A stretch of 64,000 bases of DNA from positions 8,571,146-8,635,145 of the forward strand of contig CM082584.2 of the NCBI GenBank assembly GCA_040954595.2. The letters run 5' to 3'. The notes beneath the pieces are model-generated. The model did no database searches and was not told where the DNA came from. It was given only the letters and a program-made list of their open reading frames with translations. Source of the DNA: Balanoglossus misakiensis. Taxonomy: Eukaryota > Animalia > Hemichordata. Below are positions 46,701 through 61,420 of this stretch, in pieces. Position 1 is the stretch's first letter. Each line of letters opens with the position of its first letter. Made by a program: the position numbers and the translations under genes.

Positions 46701-49700
46701 AATCAAATCCTCCACAGAAATCTGTTCCTGTGAAATGGTGATGTATTGGTTCTCATCCAAAACAGATAACGCGCAGACCATGACATCTCAATCAGGCGCA
46801 ATCTTCAAAACAGTAACCGCCTCTATATTTAGAATCGCGAAGACATTCACAATCGTAAAGAAGTTGGCACGCACGTATGTACGTTCAATGCTTTTTTTCT
46901 CAGCCAATAAAAACAAACATTCAGAGTGCAGCCATTCAAATTCGCTCACAGAATGTATCATCATTTTAAGAATAATCACAAGCAGGCCCAAAACATAAGT
47001 TTGCCTCTTTATAATAATTTCCCAGTACTTAGAATAATATATTAACACGGCATTGTTATTTTTACGGGGAGTGTTCTGTTTAGCTTCTGTGTTATTTTGA
47101 ATCCGTGGTATTTACCCGAGTAAAATATCATGTTTGTTGCAACAACCGGGGATATTCCTATACCACGAGTACAGAAAGGTTACTGCTGACGTAATTCAAT
47201 TTGATATTTCTGTGACCATTGGCCCCACAGCTGTCGACCACCAACAGCGGTACGGGATCGCAGGTACTCAAAAATCCTGCCTCTAAACCGGCTTCAGACA
47301 CTTCTGATACAGTAGCCAATCAGATTTGAGGGCTAAGCTGGCAGCCAATAGGGTTTGAGAGAAAGACACATCTGGATAACCAATGCCGTGTTTGTGTGTC
47401 ATGTGCACGCACAGACATTACTGTGGTGGCCCACACGCCGATACGCCATACCCAAACAGGGTCAAGGAATTTACACCAATTTATGGTGTCAGTGGCAATC
47501 TAACTGACCCAGTTCACTTTTTTTTTTGTCCGTCCGAGGGAGAAGTTTCCGGCAACCTGTTGTTGGTTGAAAGATGCATTTCACCTCGCGCCCCGAGCTG
47601 CCAGTTAGACCCACATATCACGGCATTCTGGCGAACAACAGTTTTGGTCCGTGCCCCTGAAAGGACGTGACGAAGGAAAAAGCCAGCCCCTGGAAAAACA
47701 ATACTCCCTCATACATGTACATACTAACATTTCAAACTTTTAGACTGTACACTAAACCTTGTAAAGAGAAATTTCCTAAACATGTAGTTCAAATCACTGA
47801 TGCACTTGTCAAGTTCAAAGATAATTTCCCTCTTTTAGAAACGGTTTTAAAATTATCCTGTACTTGACCTGTAAGTGGCCATTAGCAGGATGACCAACAC
47901 CTTTGCTCTATTACTATTCTCCTCTTTCCTTATCCACAGTGTACCCAAACATGTCAAACCAGGAGATTGGGTTACACACCCCAAAATGTCCTCAACCCAT
48001 TGTTCCACAGAGATAAATTTTGCCTTGAGTTTAAACATCTGTGGCTCTGACAGGACAAGACAAACGATTTCCCTCTCTCTTTTCTTTTTTGGGGGGAGCG
48101 TGTTTCTTTTTACTTTCATCGCCATGGTGACAAACTTCAGCATGGTTGGAACTTTGAAAGTGAACGTGCCCTTTTTGTATGTGGGATTTGAGGTCAAGCT
48201 TGTCAGGTCCTTAAACTTTGTTGCGCCCCCTGTTTAAATGTAATCACAGCTTGGGACGTTGAGCGATACCAACTGAGGGCTTTGATCAGAGTTTCCTGCA
48301 CATCATATCAGTACCTTGTTTACTTCTAAAACCCAAATTTCCTCAAAGCGATTAACGCGTCATCACAGGTGCAGACAAAGGCTTATTACAGCAGTAGTTA
48401 CCCCAGCTTTTAACTTAAGACTGACCAGAAAGTTGATAATGTCTAAATTGATATCTTCGATTTGAGTCAGAATGGTGCAGAGAGGTGTACATGCAGTCAC
48501 TCCCTGTTTGGGCCAGTGCCATTTCCACACACACACACAAACAAGCCTCTCCAGCCTATATTTTCATTCTTTCCACCGGGAAATAGCTCTTTGTTTTCAA
48601 GTTGTTGTAGTCAGAAAAACTTCAGGTGTTAATTATGTTGATTACTGCCCTCCGGTTCACTTGAAAAGGTTTAGGGGGCCAAGTCATCAATGCATGACAT
48701 CAGAGGCATTGAGTGCAGCCAGCTACCGTTCCCTATTCACGAGAGATCTGACCACCACGGTGCCGGTGGTCTACGGCCAAACTCAAGTGTTCTCTACTGT
48801 GAACCCAAGAAACGAAGAATTCCTTCGATGGCTTCGTTCCTACAGCACAGAACAGCTCGAAGGGATGAACATCGGGGAATTCATACGTCATGGATCAGAG
48901 GAGGGGGACAAGGCACCCGGGCTGCTACCCTCCCTCCCCCTCCCAAACAACCTGACCGCGTAGAGATGCATGCAAGCGATGCTAATCAGTTTTCTACCGC
49001 ACACATTGGGGGGAAAAACACACGCACAAAAGACACAGAAGAATGGAACGGGATCTGGGTAGCCCTCGGGGGCCATGCGTGCGTGGCAGCACGGAGGAAC
49101 ACGAACCACGGCACAATTATACATTCACGGCTAATCAGAGCGGCTCCGGTGAATAGCTCAACAGCATGCGCTCGTTCGTTCACCTGTCAATCATACAGAC
49201 AGGCCGGGTGTACCACTAAAGTTGCAACACGCATGCACACACACACACACATCTCCCCAACAAATCTAACTTCATCAAACGACCCGGACAAAAGACGCTG
49301 ATCTCCAAACTGCTCGCAAAAACAAAAAGTGGATTTGTTTGAATAAATAATACACCAAGTGATCCCCACTGAACTGAACAAATAAACACGGCCGGCAATC
49401 CACAATGAATTCTGCATCGATCACTTACACACTGTTTAGATCAAGGCTGCGGGGATTGTAGCAAATCTCGACTCCAAAAGGCTTGCACACCGAAGTGATG
49501 AAGATATGGATGCAGTGGCAGACATGTTGCCAGCTGTCGAGTTTTTGATAACAAAGACACTACAATTATGTGATGGATTCACTTTAATGTACCTACTCAA
49601 TCACATATTTATTTTGTATTTATTTATTTATTTCACTTTATTGCGGACTAAATCTGTCCATAGATCTCTGATTAATTGTTCAGATGAAAAAATGTAGCTA

Positions 49701-52700
49701 TACCCTTTTTGTTACTTTTTTATCTACAAATGTACTTTTTTATTTACCACTAAAATGATCCCACTATTTTCCTTCCACTGACACAGTCAGAGAGTAAATT
49801 CTAATGTTAAACACTGAACAAGCCTCTCTGTACTGAGAGTGAGTATAACCGTGTGGTCGGACTGTTTGGGGGAACGGTGTAATTACATTACACAAACTTA
49901 TATAACGTCACGAACTCCGAGCACCAGAGGGAAAAGAAATCAAGTGTTTTTGATTTCAAGGGTCACCTGGACTGGGCTATACCCGCAGACAGATTTGACA
50001 TTGCCCACTTTGTACAATAATCTACATGTGTGGTATAAAATGGCTGGCATTTTTCGCGAGCATCTCCTGTTTTGCACTAATTACTACTCGAGGTCTATTT
50101 TTAACGTGTGACCCAGAATGTGCTCTCCTCGTATTTGAGGCAAGTTCGTTTGGCCGTCTGTTTCTTCCACCGTGTATGCGATGTGTCCCCCCTGCTACAA
50201 TTTCGTCAACACGTTCAACTTCCAGATGTCAAAGTGCGAGATTCGATTGCACTTGCGGTAAACTTTCCGCCGCGGTTCCAAAGAATGGGAACCCAAACAG
50301 ACGGACGGCTGTGTCGTCATCTTTGTATAATACGCCCTGCACTGCGCTGACCATGTTTGTGGGGGTCACTTCGCAGTGTATGTTTCGCTTCACTTCTCCG
50401 GGCAACCCGGCTGCTGCGGTGTGCCATCTCAATGCTGGCCAGCACTGTCAAAGAAAGAAGAAAAAACTCCGCCCGACTGGCTGAAAACAAAACATATCCC
50501 AGAGATCAAACAACGATCTGGCGCCGAAGACTCAGGCATTTCATTGAACTACAGGCTTAACTGGATTACAAGGACAAGTACGAAATAGAAAGATGAGAAA
50601 AAAGAAACTTTACATAAAACATGTTAGTTTTATTCATATCCATACATGTATCTATGGAATATATCATGCCCCTATATAACTTTTATTGAATTATTTCTCT
50701 GCTCCTCTCTTACTTGTCACGAAGAAGGAACAGACGTCCATCAACTTACAGACCAGTCTTCCACACAGAAATGTGCACCACAAGCATACACCACCTGTGA
50801 CGAAATTCCACTTTGGCCACCAAACTTTCCCTAAGTATCCCCTGACAGACACTAGACAGGCAGCATGTTCATGTGTGGCGAGAGTGTATGTTTGCTGCAT
50901 GCACACGTACTACTACACACAAGCTCCGCCAACATCAACTTCTGTCGTAAATGACAGAACCAACCTTCTTTCATCGCGCAGAAATTACCAACACAGAGGG
51001 CTGTCCTAAATTTCCATGCATTTTGCATTTTTTTTTCATCCAGAGCAAACATCTGGGGGGAGAGTTTATTCGGGCCGTATTTGAAATTCCTCCTCTCCAC
51101 TTGGCCAAAACTTATTCACCTCCATTGTTATGTGTTTGGGGACAGTCGGACTGGCCCTGGAATTACACCAATTGGTCGCCTTCTCGACACACCCGGGCCC
51201 TTCCTGACCTCTCGGAATTCTTCAGGGCTTCCCCCTATTGGCCGAGACCCGGGTGCCGATTGATGTGAAACTACTGTTTTGCATCAATGCATCACCACCT
51301 TTACATTCAGCCGATGCAAAAACCCCGGTTCAGCTCATTCCCTCCTTCTCAAGTGGCCACTGACAAAAACGAGATCTGTTTGGTCTTGTGATTACCACTG
51401 AAACCGATGAAAAAACAAGGGGAGGGGGAGAGAGCTGAACGAAGGGGGGGGAGAGCTGGACGAACACAGAGAAAAATCAGGGAACATTGAGACGTGCTTT
51501 CAGAGTTCCCTCCTACTATTTACGTCTGGTTTTAATACACCCTATCTCATTTCGCCAAGTTTTCCCCTATCTGACCTCGCCCTAGGTGACAGAAATTTAG
51601 AGCTGTAATTGCATACTATTGCCATTACATTTATCAACACTGCAAAACGCGTCCTTATGAGGATGACTATTTTTTTTCTTTTATAATTTATTATAAAAAG
51701 ACTCTGTCGCTTCCGGTTGGGCGTGATCGAGAGGAGGAGGGGGGGGGGACTTGACACCACAAAGTCTGCGTGAGCACAACAACCTCTCTTTTCATCCTTT
51801 GCGATTCCGGTAACAGCGATCTAATTGGTGGCAGTGCGGAGGCGCCGCCCTTTGAGAGTATTGTGCTAATTTTGACATGTTTTAAAATGCTGATAATTGC
51901 CTGCTGACGTCAAGACCCGCAGACATTAGCATGACAACTCTTTGAAGAGAGAGAGAGAGAGGGAGGCACACAGCATTTAGAAGGTTCGGCCGGCTAAAGA
52001 CTGTCCCAGGCACACTTCTTGATTTGTTTTACTGGCACTCGTGGTGAATGGACAAAAGTGAAACTTCAAAGAGACAGCGCGTCCAAAGATCACAGTAAAT
52101 CACATACAGAAGATGGCGGCCATCACAGGCGTACATGTAAACTATACCCAATGAACAACAACACTGCAAGCACATGTAGTCCATTGTTTATACTCCACTG
52201 ATGGAATTAAAACATACACGAACTTAGTTTTTCCGGAACACCATAATCATTACCGTTTTAATATATAAAACAAAAACCATTAAGGCAAAGACAACAAGCT
52301 GCCACCATGGAAACCGTTGCTACACGACAATTCCAACTCCACCCGTGATATTCCAATCCCTGGCTGCATTGTATTTAATTGGATTTGTAGCACATTTTGG
52401 AACCAGCTTGCGAGGCTTACTCTAAAAAGAGTCGACTGGTGTGATATACACAGGCGTGTGACCTTGATTGTCCTGAAGTATGTGATGGACAACCCCTGCA
52501 GTGCCACCTCTTCAGCCAAAACAGGACACTAAGTCACTTGTGTGACAAACAGGGACCACTGATGTACCAGTCATGAGTTTATGTCAGTCACGTAGTTTGC
52601 AAACTCAATGAACACCTCACTTTTTTCTGACATCATTTTTTGAGAGTTGATAATTCACTGAAACACTCAGTTTTGTTGGCAGTCTTCACTTAGGAAATCT

Positions 52701-55700
52701 ATAGAAAATCCCATGCACCTCGATGACATAATTTGTCATGCAAATTCGAAATGATGTCATCATATTAGTTCCAACTTACTTACACACCTGAGCCCCTGTC
52801 TGTCTATTCTCTTTTGCATGTACATGCAGGTCAGCAATATGAGAAAATACCAGCAGCATTAAGGGGATTAGTATATACAGTATGTGCGATTTGTTTAATC
52901 TCTAGCACCGTTTTTATTGAAATTTTCTGACAAAGTGTGACTTCCACAATCATGATAGAGGAGGTCACAATAAACTGTTATGGCAATAAAAAAAAACAGT
53001 ATACACTGTACATCTGTACATTAATTGTACAGAGTTCTGGGATTAATTTTCAAAGTACACCAAGATATGTTCAAATACACATCCACACCTGTGCCACTAT
53101 TGGTTTTTCTCAGAATAATCTTGGTGAAATGTTTTTGCTGTTGTTATTTACGAATAAGTTCACTGTGACTCGAACACTCAAGTCGAGAACTGTCAAAACG
53201 GTGAGCGTGATTTGTCTCAGGAGACACATCAAGGAAAATCACATTATATTGACTAGCATCTCTATATAGCACACTACCCATTTAAACTCAGATGACCACT
53301 CCACTAGGCAAGTGCCCGTTTTCTCCCCTCAATGAATTTATAGTATTACGAGCACTCAAGATCCCTGTGCTTTCATTTCCACAATCAGTCGCTCAATTTC
53401 CTGCCATCTCAGCATTCAGCTTTCCACTCATTACTTCAGCTATGTGTCGGGTTTGTCCGTCTCTTGAAACTGTTGACTCTGTTTTCCCCAAGTGCCACTT
53501 CGAGAGATTCTCCGGGGCAGAGCGACCGGGGATCAACACCTTGCCACCTCAAACTCTGGGGACACGCAAACCACAAGTCACAGTGTTGAATTTCACACGT
53601 ACACACTGAGAAATTCCTCGCCAGGGTTTTTCACTCGCTAGCAAGGACTATGAAAATTCCTGCTACCAGATAAGGTGACGCATCGCCACTCCCCCCAAAG
53701 ACATGCATTTTCTCACAACTACGGACATCCCCATACAGTTCATTACAGTAAAATTTTAATTTCCTGTCACTTGGCACATTCTTCTCTCTTTTACCGTAAA
53801 TCAAAAATAAAACAATCCCACAGCTCTAGACCTGAGAAGATGATGTAGCAATGACCCTATCAGAACATACATAGTATTAAGCTGCTGGCGTGATAAATTA
53901 CCTTGAATATGTTGCCACGGTAACACTTGATAAATCCTAATAACATTTTGCAAGAGGAGAAATCCCATATTAATCCACAAATCTGTGAAATGAAATTTAT
54001 TCAGTGCTACACTCTACAGTGGAGTAACCCTTGCCACTGTGTGTGTAAGGGGTGGGGGGTGGGGGGGGGGTGTTACCCTAACAGGACATTCTCGTGCTCT
54101 GGCACTAACATTTCAACAGTCTGTACAGTTTTGATTTTGCCAGTAAACGTTCTGAAGCGTGGTCTAATTCTTTCCATCCGCAGCTTCAGGGGTGCAGAGG
54201 TCAACCCCAAAACCAGTAACCGGGGCCGGGTAAACATCTCGTAAAACTCCAAAATGGGGGTGCACTATGGGACCCCGTGTGACCTTCAAACTTAAACTGC
54301 CTGTCAGCTCCGAGATTGTTTTCGAGTGAAATTATGGAGGCAAGTGTGTGTGTGTGTGTAGAGCAGTGTACTTAGAATGCCGTTTAATGAGAGTTTTAAC
54401 TGGCAATAAGTGTCACTGTATCTGGGGACTCCTCGCGGGGGCCATTTGCAGGCGGAAACTCCGAGTCCCACAGACAGATAATGCTCGGGAGCCATGTCCC
54501 AGTCGTCTCATCAATGGAAGTTTGGAGGGAGAAACCAGAAACACTGCATGCGACAGCGAATCGCATGAAAAAGTGTTGATCAATGTACGGCAATCCACAG
54601 GGAAGCGTCAATCTTTCCGTATTACCCCTCCCCCCTCCATATCACCCCTCCCCTACCTGGTCGCATTACTCAACACTTCAAGACACAAAAAAAGAAACAC
54701 AAGAGAGTGACATGTTTGGGGCATGCTTTACGAGAGGACAGGGAATGCTGGCTCCAATGGTTTCTCCGTCAAAATGACTACCGAGGGAGATCTTGCTGGT
54801 ATTTCAAAACGAGGGGTGGGCACCCTCACAAGACCCCCCAAGGTTGCTACATTGTGTCCAATCCCTGGCTACAATGCTGACAGTAAAATCAAATTCTAAG
54901 CATTTTGAACAAACACCATCAAAACGTGATTGCAATGATTAGCAGTGATGCTTTAGAGGAAAGAGCAGGCAATATTAAGTTTGAAACTCAGAATTGTAAC
55001 TATATGCCATTTGAAGTACAGATATTGGGGAGGGGAAGGGGAGGGGGGGGGGAGAGACTATGTGACAATCAGAGACATTGACCACTATAGCCAGGCCGCC
55101 ACAATTTGTACATTTGCACACAGCGCGATGGTGTCAATTTCCCCGTTACTGTTCAGATCACGATTGATTTTTTACTATATAGGTTTTTATTGACGTTGAA
55201 TGGCATAGGTGCTTGCTGTATTGATCTGTCAGGCATTTAAATTTTAATGGGGGTTACATTAATACCATCGGGCTTCTGCTCTGCCTGTGTGTCGGATTTC
55301 AAAAAGCATTCATAACCTGAACATACATGGCTCGTCATATACACATCTCCGCGATCATATTTCCTTTTATGATGCAATTCGCGGGACGCAAAGAGGTTTT
55401 TATCAAACTGACAAAAAGCTCTGTCTCCCAATATATGCACGCGACGTGTGTGCATGGTCAATAAATCTGAAGCTTTCAAATCAAGCCTGGTGTTTGCCGA
55501 GCTGGGTTCAGACTTAATTCATTTCGTTTGTCGGCTATACTGTCTTTCAGTCGTGAGCTTTTTTCGACTGCCCTTAAAATTTAAATGACAAGATGAACAT
55601 GACAGCCAGCGAACACAATCCCCCCTTCCTGATCTGTACTGTTTAATTACTGCAAACTTGTTCTGGGGTAATAAAACTGAATGGGCCTGGACAAGTTTGT

Positions 55701-58700
55701 TTTACTCTCAGTAACATTAACACGGAACTAAACTTTGTACATCTTATTCAGTACTTAGTCTTACCATCGTTCCATCAATTGCTTTATTTAGAATCCAGTC
55801 CATCTGTATATCCCATTCATCTGTACATCTATCATCCCTCCCTCCCTCCACATGTCCGTCCAACCATCCATCCATCAACCCACCCACCCACCAACCATTT
55901 CATCATTTCCCCCAAGCCGTATCCAAACATCAAGTCTACAGTCAGCCAGACTTTTTTCGGAAAAAAAGCGAAACGGAAACGAACATCCTCACAGAAATCA
56001 ACAAAATATGATATATCGGCGTGAGTTTATACTAGCTGTCATTTCACCCCTAAACCGTACTACTATTTTAAGCTGGAGGCACCAAGTATCATTTTATTTT
56101 GAGAGTTATATTTTGTAAACATCTCATTTCATTTCAAACAAAGATGGTCTCCAGGAAATTTATCAGCGCACACTTGCGAGTGGGTGGGCTGTTTGGTTGC
56201 GAGGCCAGCAGCACGGTGTATAACACATCACACCTCAGAGCTTTAAGACCTTTTTTTTTTAAACTTTAAGAAGTTTTCCCATCGTCCCAGATGACTGGAC
56301 GGCTTAACACAGCGAACGCGTACTCCCGTAGGTACGACATTTAGCAAGACGTCACGGCAACCAGAGACTGATGAACTCCTTATTTTAGAAAGTGTGTCAC
56401 GGCCTAGCGACCCGGCCCCCCGACAGAAAACGACCTCTGATATTTAACCCAGAAATTGCACAATTGCGAGTGAAAAGTTTTGAGATGTCTCTCCAGCACA
56501 CCACGGCACACCTTTTAGATCTTAACGAGAGAGGGTCAGATTACGGATAATTAACAATCGTGACAGCAACTTCAGCGGTTATTTTGGGGCTGGCTACCCT
56601 GTGTCAACAATGTGTACGCTGGCCGGGAAAGATGATCCGCCATAGCCTGGAGTTTGAATACAAAGCAGAGAAAAAGGGGGCGAAAAAAAGCAGTGAACCC
56701 AGATGGAATCCTTCTCGGGGTCAGAGATACTCTACGGTTACACTCAAATTGAACGTGTGGTGTTTACAGTTGTTTTTTTTTATAAAATTATGGCCGAGCT
56801 TGCCAGCCTGCATGTACATGTTTACTTTTAGTTTACATGCAAGTGTATCTCGTTTACATGGGTCTTTGCTTTAAGCCACAGGGCTGTCAAACAACGAGCC
56901 AGTTCTGCTATGTAGAATGGGGAGGGGGGGCTGTGTGTAGTTCAATAAATTTTAAACAACTTCAACTAGTCCGTCTACGGAGGAACTGTGGCCAAAGGGG
57001 AGAGACAACAGGCACAGCGCATCATGGGTAAAATTGCATGAAACCTTGTAAACTAGTTCCCAAGACAACAACTGCAACTGCTGTCTCGTCCTCTCGGCGG
57101 AGCAAGTTTAGAGGCAAAGGTGAAAGTTGCCACGACGTCCTCCTTCACTAATGATGACTGCCTGCACCCACTGCACTACATAAACCAGCTGAAGGTGGCG
57201 GCCGGCGGTGACGGGTAATCCATCTTCTGAGGGGGGGGGGGGGAGACATAACTTTCTCAGGAGCTCATCCACCCCTATAAATAGCAATGGTTTTGCCTTG
57301 ACCCATGAAATAATCCGCCGTATAGATTTACACGCGGTGATGCAATGAAAACGCCAGTCATACATCATTTTTTCTGTCCGCGGATCCGAGCGTTCTCCGG
57401 TGTCAGAGCCATTCCGGCATTTATTCCGGCGTATCACCGCCACCACCACCATATCTCTAACAACACAAACACCCAGGCAGAAACTAATTGAATTGCAGTA
57501 AAATTGGTAAACAGATAAATTTTTAATTGAAAAATTTCTTCCACCTCGACCATGGGTGTTCTATTACATTTGTGTAATGGGAATTTGATTCCATCCAAAT
57601 GCTGATCAAAGCGCTATTTACGGGAAATTCTTTTCAGATCTTTCATACCAGACAATGAGTTAGCAACATAACCCAGCCAATAGTAAACTGATTTATTTTA
57701 AAAAGTTGTCTCATCCTTTTCTGGCTTTTAATCATCATCTTGGATATTTATGGTCACAATTTATCATACCATGAACTGTGCTTCAGGTGGACAAAGCATA
57801 TTCATGTATATATGTGTGTCATGAAACTTCTGAATCTCTTTTTTGTACTGTTGTGATGAAGTCAAGTTATCGGAGGTATAGAAACTCCTGCAAAAGATAT
57901 ATGTGCTCCCAGACGGAAGTATGAAAATGAAATGGAGGTCAACTGAAATCACAATATATACACTTGAACAATACGGTCGACTAAAAAAAAAACTCTCCGC
58001 AAATCCGGTTGAGCATGAAACCGGGGACTTCAAAAGTTTGCCGATGTGCTTTGATGAAAAGAAAATTGAGTTTCACCTACCCAGGTATTAGCAGAAGACT
58101 GTGACGAGAGGCAAGCCCACTGATGAATGAACTTATCTCAATAAATAGGCTTTCACTCAGAAAGACTTAAGCCCTCAAAGCGACAGAGAATCACGATACG
58201 ACAAAAGCCCGGGCTCTTTTTGATGAACTAGTCGGCCTAATACCGGAAGAAAAGGCACTTGAGCGCGCAGGTAATAACTTGACTGTGATGCATGGCTCTC
58301 TCTCTTTCTCTCAATCTGCGTTGCGATCATGACACGATATCTCAGCCCGCAGCCTGGGGTATCCCTATCAGTGATGTTAGCTTTCCTGATCCGTATCAAA
58401 TGTTTACGCTATTTTCATTGATCTCTAAAACTTTTATATTAAACATACACCGGACACTTTTCCAGGGAACATTCCTGTAATTGTTCTACGGCATCACGCA
58501 GAATGCAGATAAGCTTTTTTGCCCCCTTTTTGACAGCTGGAACAACTATGCATGAAAAGACGGAAAGTGGTTGCGGGCAAATGTATTTCCATACACTTCC
58601 TGAATTTTTCGTGGATCTGAACATCACCTGGAAGGTAGCTTCCATTTGGATTTTCAGGATTCGAATTTTGCCTGTACATTAAGATCATTACTCACTCGCA

Positions 58701-60849
58701 AGTTGAACTCAGAATAAAGCTTATCCTTATTCCTTAGCCCGCAGCAAAACCTAGATATTCTACAGATTTTGCATCAGCAGTAACCATCTCCCGGCCACAA
58801 AATGATAAGGAAGTGCCCTATTTTTGCCATTGAATATATATTCTATTATCCACGGTCATTACAAATTCAGAATGCTACAAAACTAGAAATGAATTTACAA
58901 AATTATGACAACAGGTATTATTCCATACTGACATTCTGAATCATTTTATGGCCAATTTTGAAGACTGTAGCAAAATAGGTTGTACATCTTCGCAGCTTTT
59001 GGCCTTTCTTCTTCCCACAAAATGCAGGAGATTAGATCGTGTGGCCGATAACCCCGGGCTCCCTGAATTTGAGAATGAGAATTACTGGTATTCCCAAGTT
59101 AAACTATTAATGGGATTGATTCATACCCTTGCCCACAGCCAGGGATGTACACATTATCCGTTGAACTCTACTCATTGGGGAGACTGGCTCATCACAGGAA
59201 CTACAAGTGGGTTTTTAGCGCAGGGGGGAGAGATAATTTCATGAAAATTCAACTATATAGGTTGTAGATGAGTAAATGTAATCCAAAGGCCTTCGTTGAT
59301 CAGATAATCTAAAAAAAAACGTTGAAAAGTGCTCTCGTTGGCGACCAGAAAACTCAAAGATTTTAAACAAATCATAGTAAAGAAGAAGAATTCTATTAAA
59401 TTGGGCAACTGAGCAATTCACAGAATCGTTTACAATCGTCACATAAAGTTCGCGGGTGTTTCGCCGCAAACTCCAACCTTGCCACTCATCATGCCACCAA
59501 GATCAACATTTACATGGCACATAAACGCTACGCACACCAATAATACACAGGTGTATTCTGCAGTGAACCTGGGGGACACTTACACGCCTATTATCGCGGT
59601 TCGACACCTTGTAGTGATTTCAGCTGCCTTTCCCAAAGGCGCTGCTCTACAAGGGAAAATTCTGCGAGGTTGAAACCGCCACCTGAACCCAACACTTCCC
59701 GTAAGCGCTCAGAAACAGCCCAGAGACGATTACACTATCTTATGGCGTTATGCGGCCAATGAATATATTTCCTTTCTGCACAGAAGTCGGACTTTGTTGT
59801 AGACGTTTCAGGCCGGCACAAAGGAGGTACTTTGAAGAAAAAAAATCCTCTCTGAAAATTCCTTTGATGGAGAATTCAATAGAGCGCTATTACACAGGTG
59901 CTCTGGTGAGGGATTTCTTGGGAGTCTCTGTCTTCTTTTGGGCCAAGCTTTTTGAAAAGAGTTTTAGGATTTTCATCTTTGCAATCAGTAGGATCTTGAC
60001 ACGACTTAAGTACTACACTCCCCCTCTGTCTATGAAAAACCATTGTTAAAAGAACATTTTGAAAACTGCAAATGTTTTTCAAATGTTTTACCAAGTTCAA
60101 TTTCATTTTCACGAACAGTGAAATGTACTAACTCTTGTGCGCTTCAAATACTACTGCCGAGCTGTTGTTTCAATGTCGATGACCAGCAGTTGTTTTTGTA
60201 CAGGCACACGGCATGAGAGAATTCTTATCGCAGAACCAGGCAGGACAAGGCATGATGGGAATGTTTACGAGGACCACTTCCCATCTCAATAAAAGTTCAC
60301 CTCCGTCACCTCGTGTTATGGCTTTTTTCCCTTTGCCCTACTTCGCCACAACTACACAGACTTTGACACAAGCTGGCTGCGAATGGCTGTTTGTGGGGGA
60401 AGCGAGAGAGTTGGCCAACACAGAGACATAAAATAAATTGAGACGCCTACATTTTTATCCAAAATTGAAACGTAATTTTCCGGTCAAACAAAATATGCAC
60501 AATTTCAGACTTACTTTTACACACCGTTTCCTCAATAATCAACCCATAATCAAATCATTATGACTTCTATATAAATGGTAATTTCATAATTACCCCAGGG
60601 AGGGTGGGTTTAATGGGAACTGTGGGCAGGGGAAAATGGCTGCTGTGCCGAGGGGGTGGAGGGCAGATTTGTTCTACCCCATTAACTGCCGGAAAGGGTA
60701 GAAATGAATTATTACTGACACTAGTGACAGCCATATGTTACACACAAAGTTTTTCTCTATTACTTTGCTTTGCAAGCGATATCAGATATGAGGCATCCCT
60801 TTTCTGTCTAGAAGGTACTTTGCAATCAAAAAGATATGCAGAGTCATTT

Positions 60850-60919
60850 GATATTTTCATCATAACAGACCAAAGGATTTGATCGAATATGATATTTTCA
60901 TCATAACAGACCAAAGGAT
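60850..60919. repeat. 29-bp perfect direct repeat
   Basis: GATATTTTCATCATAACAGACCAAAGGAT at 60850 and 60891. Confidence 0.85.
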
Positions 60920-61186
60920 ATATTCTTAATGAAAAATATACCTGATATGAACAGGAAAAACATGTTTTCCTAAAGCATGTATTTCTGAAAAGTTGCATGA
61001 TTTCTTGCAAGTACCAGGGGTATATACTGTTGCAAACAGATCCGAGAAGAAAATAATCTCAGCAAGCTTTTCAAAGTGCTGCATATTTGTGACAAAATAT
61101 GTATTGTAGTCACTAAACAACGTTAATATGAACTCATACTATGGAAATATACCGAAATACTGATTCATCTTAATATTTTTTTCCTG

Positions 61187-61420
61187 TTTGCAGGGGCAAT
61201 CTTATTTGGACACACCAACTTCAACCAGGGCCAAAGGTAGGACCTGTAGTAGTTAGTCATAGCTAATTACTAATTACTAACTACTAGCTAGTAGTAGTTA
61301 GTAATAGTAGTCGAAGTAGTACATGTAGCAGTTCACTTGCAGTGGCAATCTTGTGAGTACACCAACTGCAAACAAGGAACACACAGTTTCAGGACCTGAA
61401 GTACTAGTAGTGGTTACTAG
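61187..61420. repeat. Degenerate ~150-bp duplication with TAG/CTA low-complexity hairpin
   Basis: TTGCAG.GGCAATCTT...ACACCAACT.CAA.CA.GG...AGGACCTG.AGTA occurs twice (~61187 and ~61337). ATTACTAACTACTA / TAGTAGTTAGTAAT inverted arms lie near 61273-61305. Confidence 0.5.

Noticed and set aside
48472-49301. 163-aa and 203-aa plus-strand ORFs in the ROR intron
   Set aside because: No recognisable domain, they overlap in different frames, they include CA-repeat translation, and no supporting splice structure was seen.
48150-59870. TCF/LEF sites suggesting Wnt feedback on ROR
   Set aside because: The handful of CTTTGWW hits seen is no more than expected by chance in 21 kb of AT-rich DNA.
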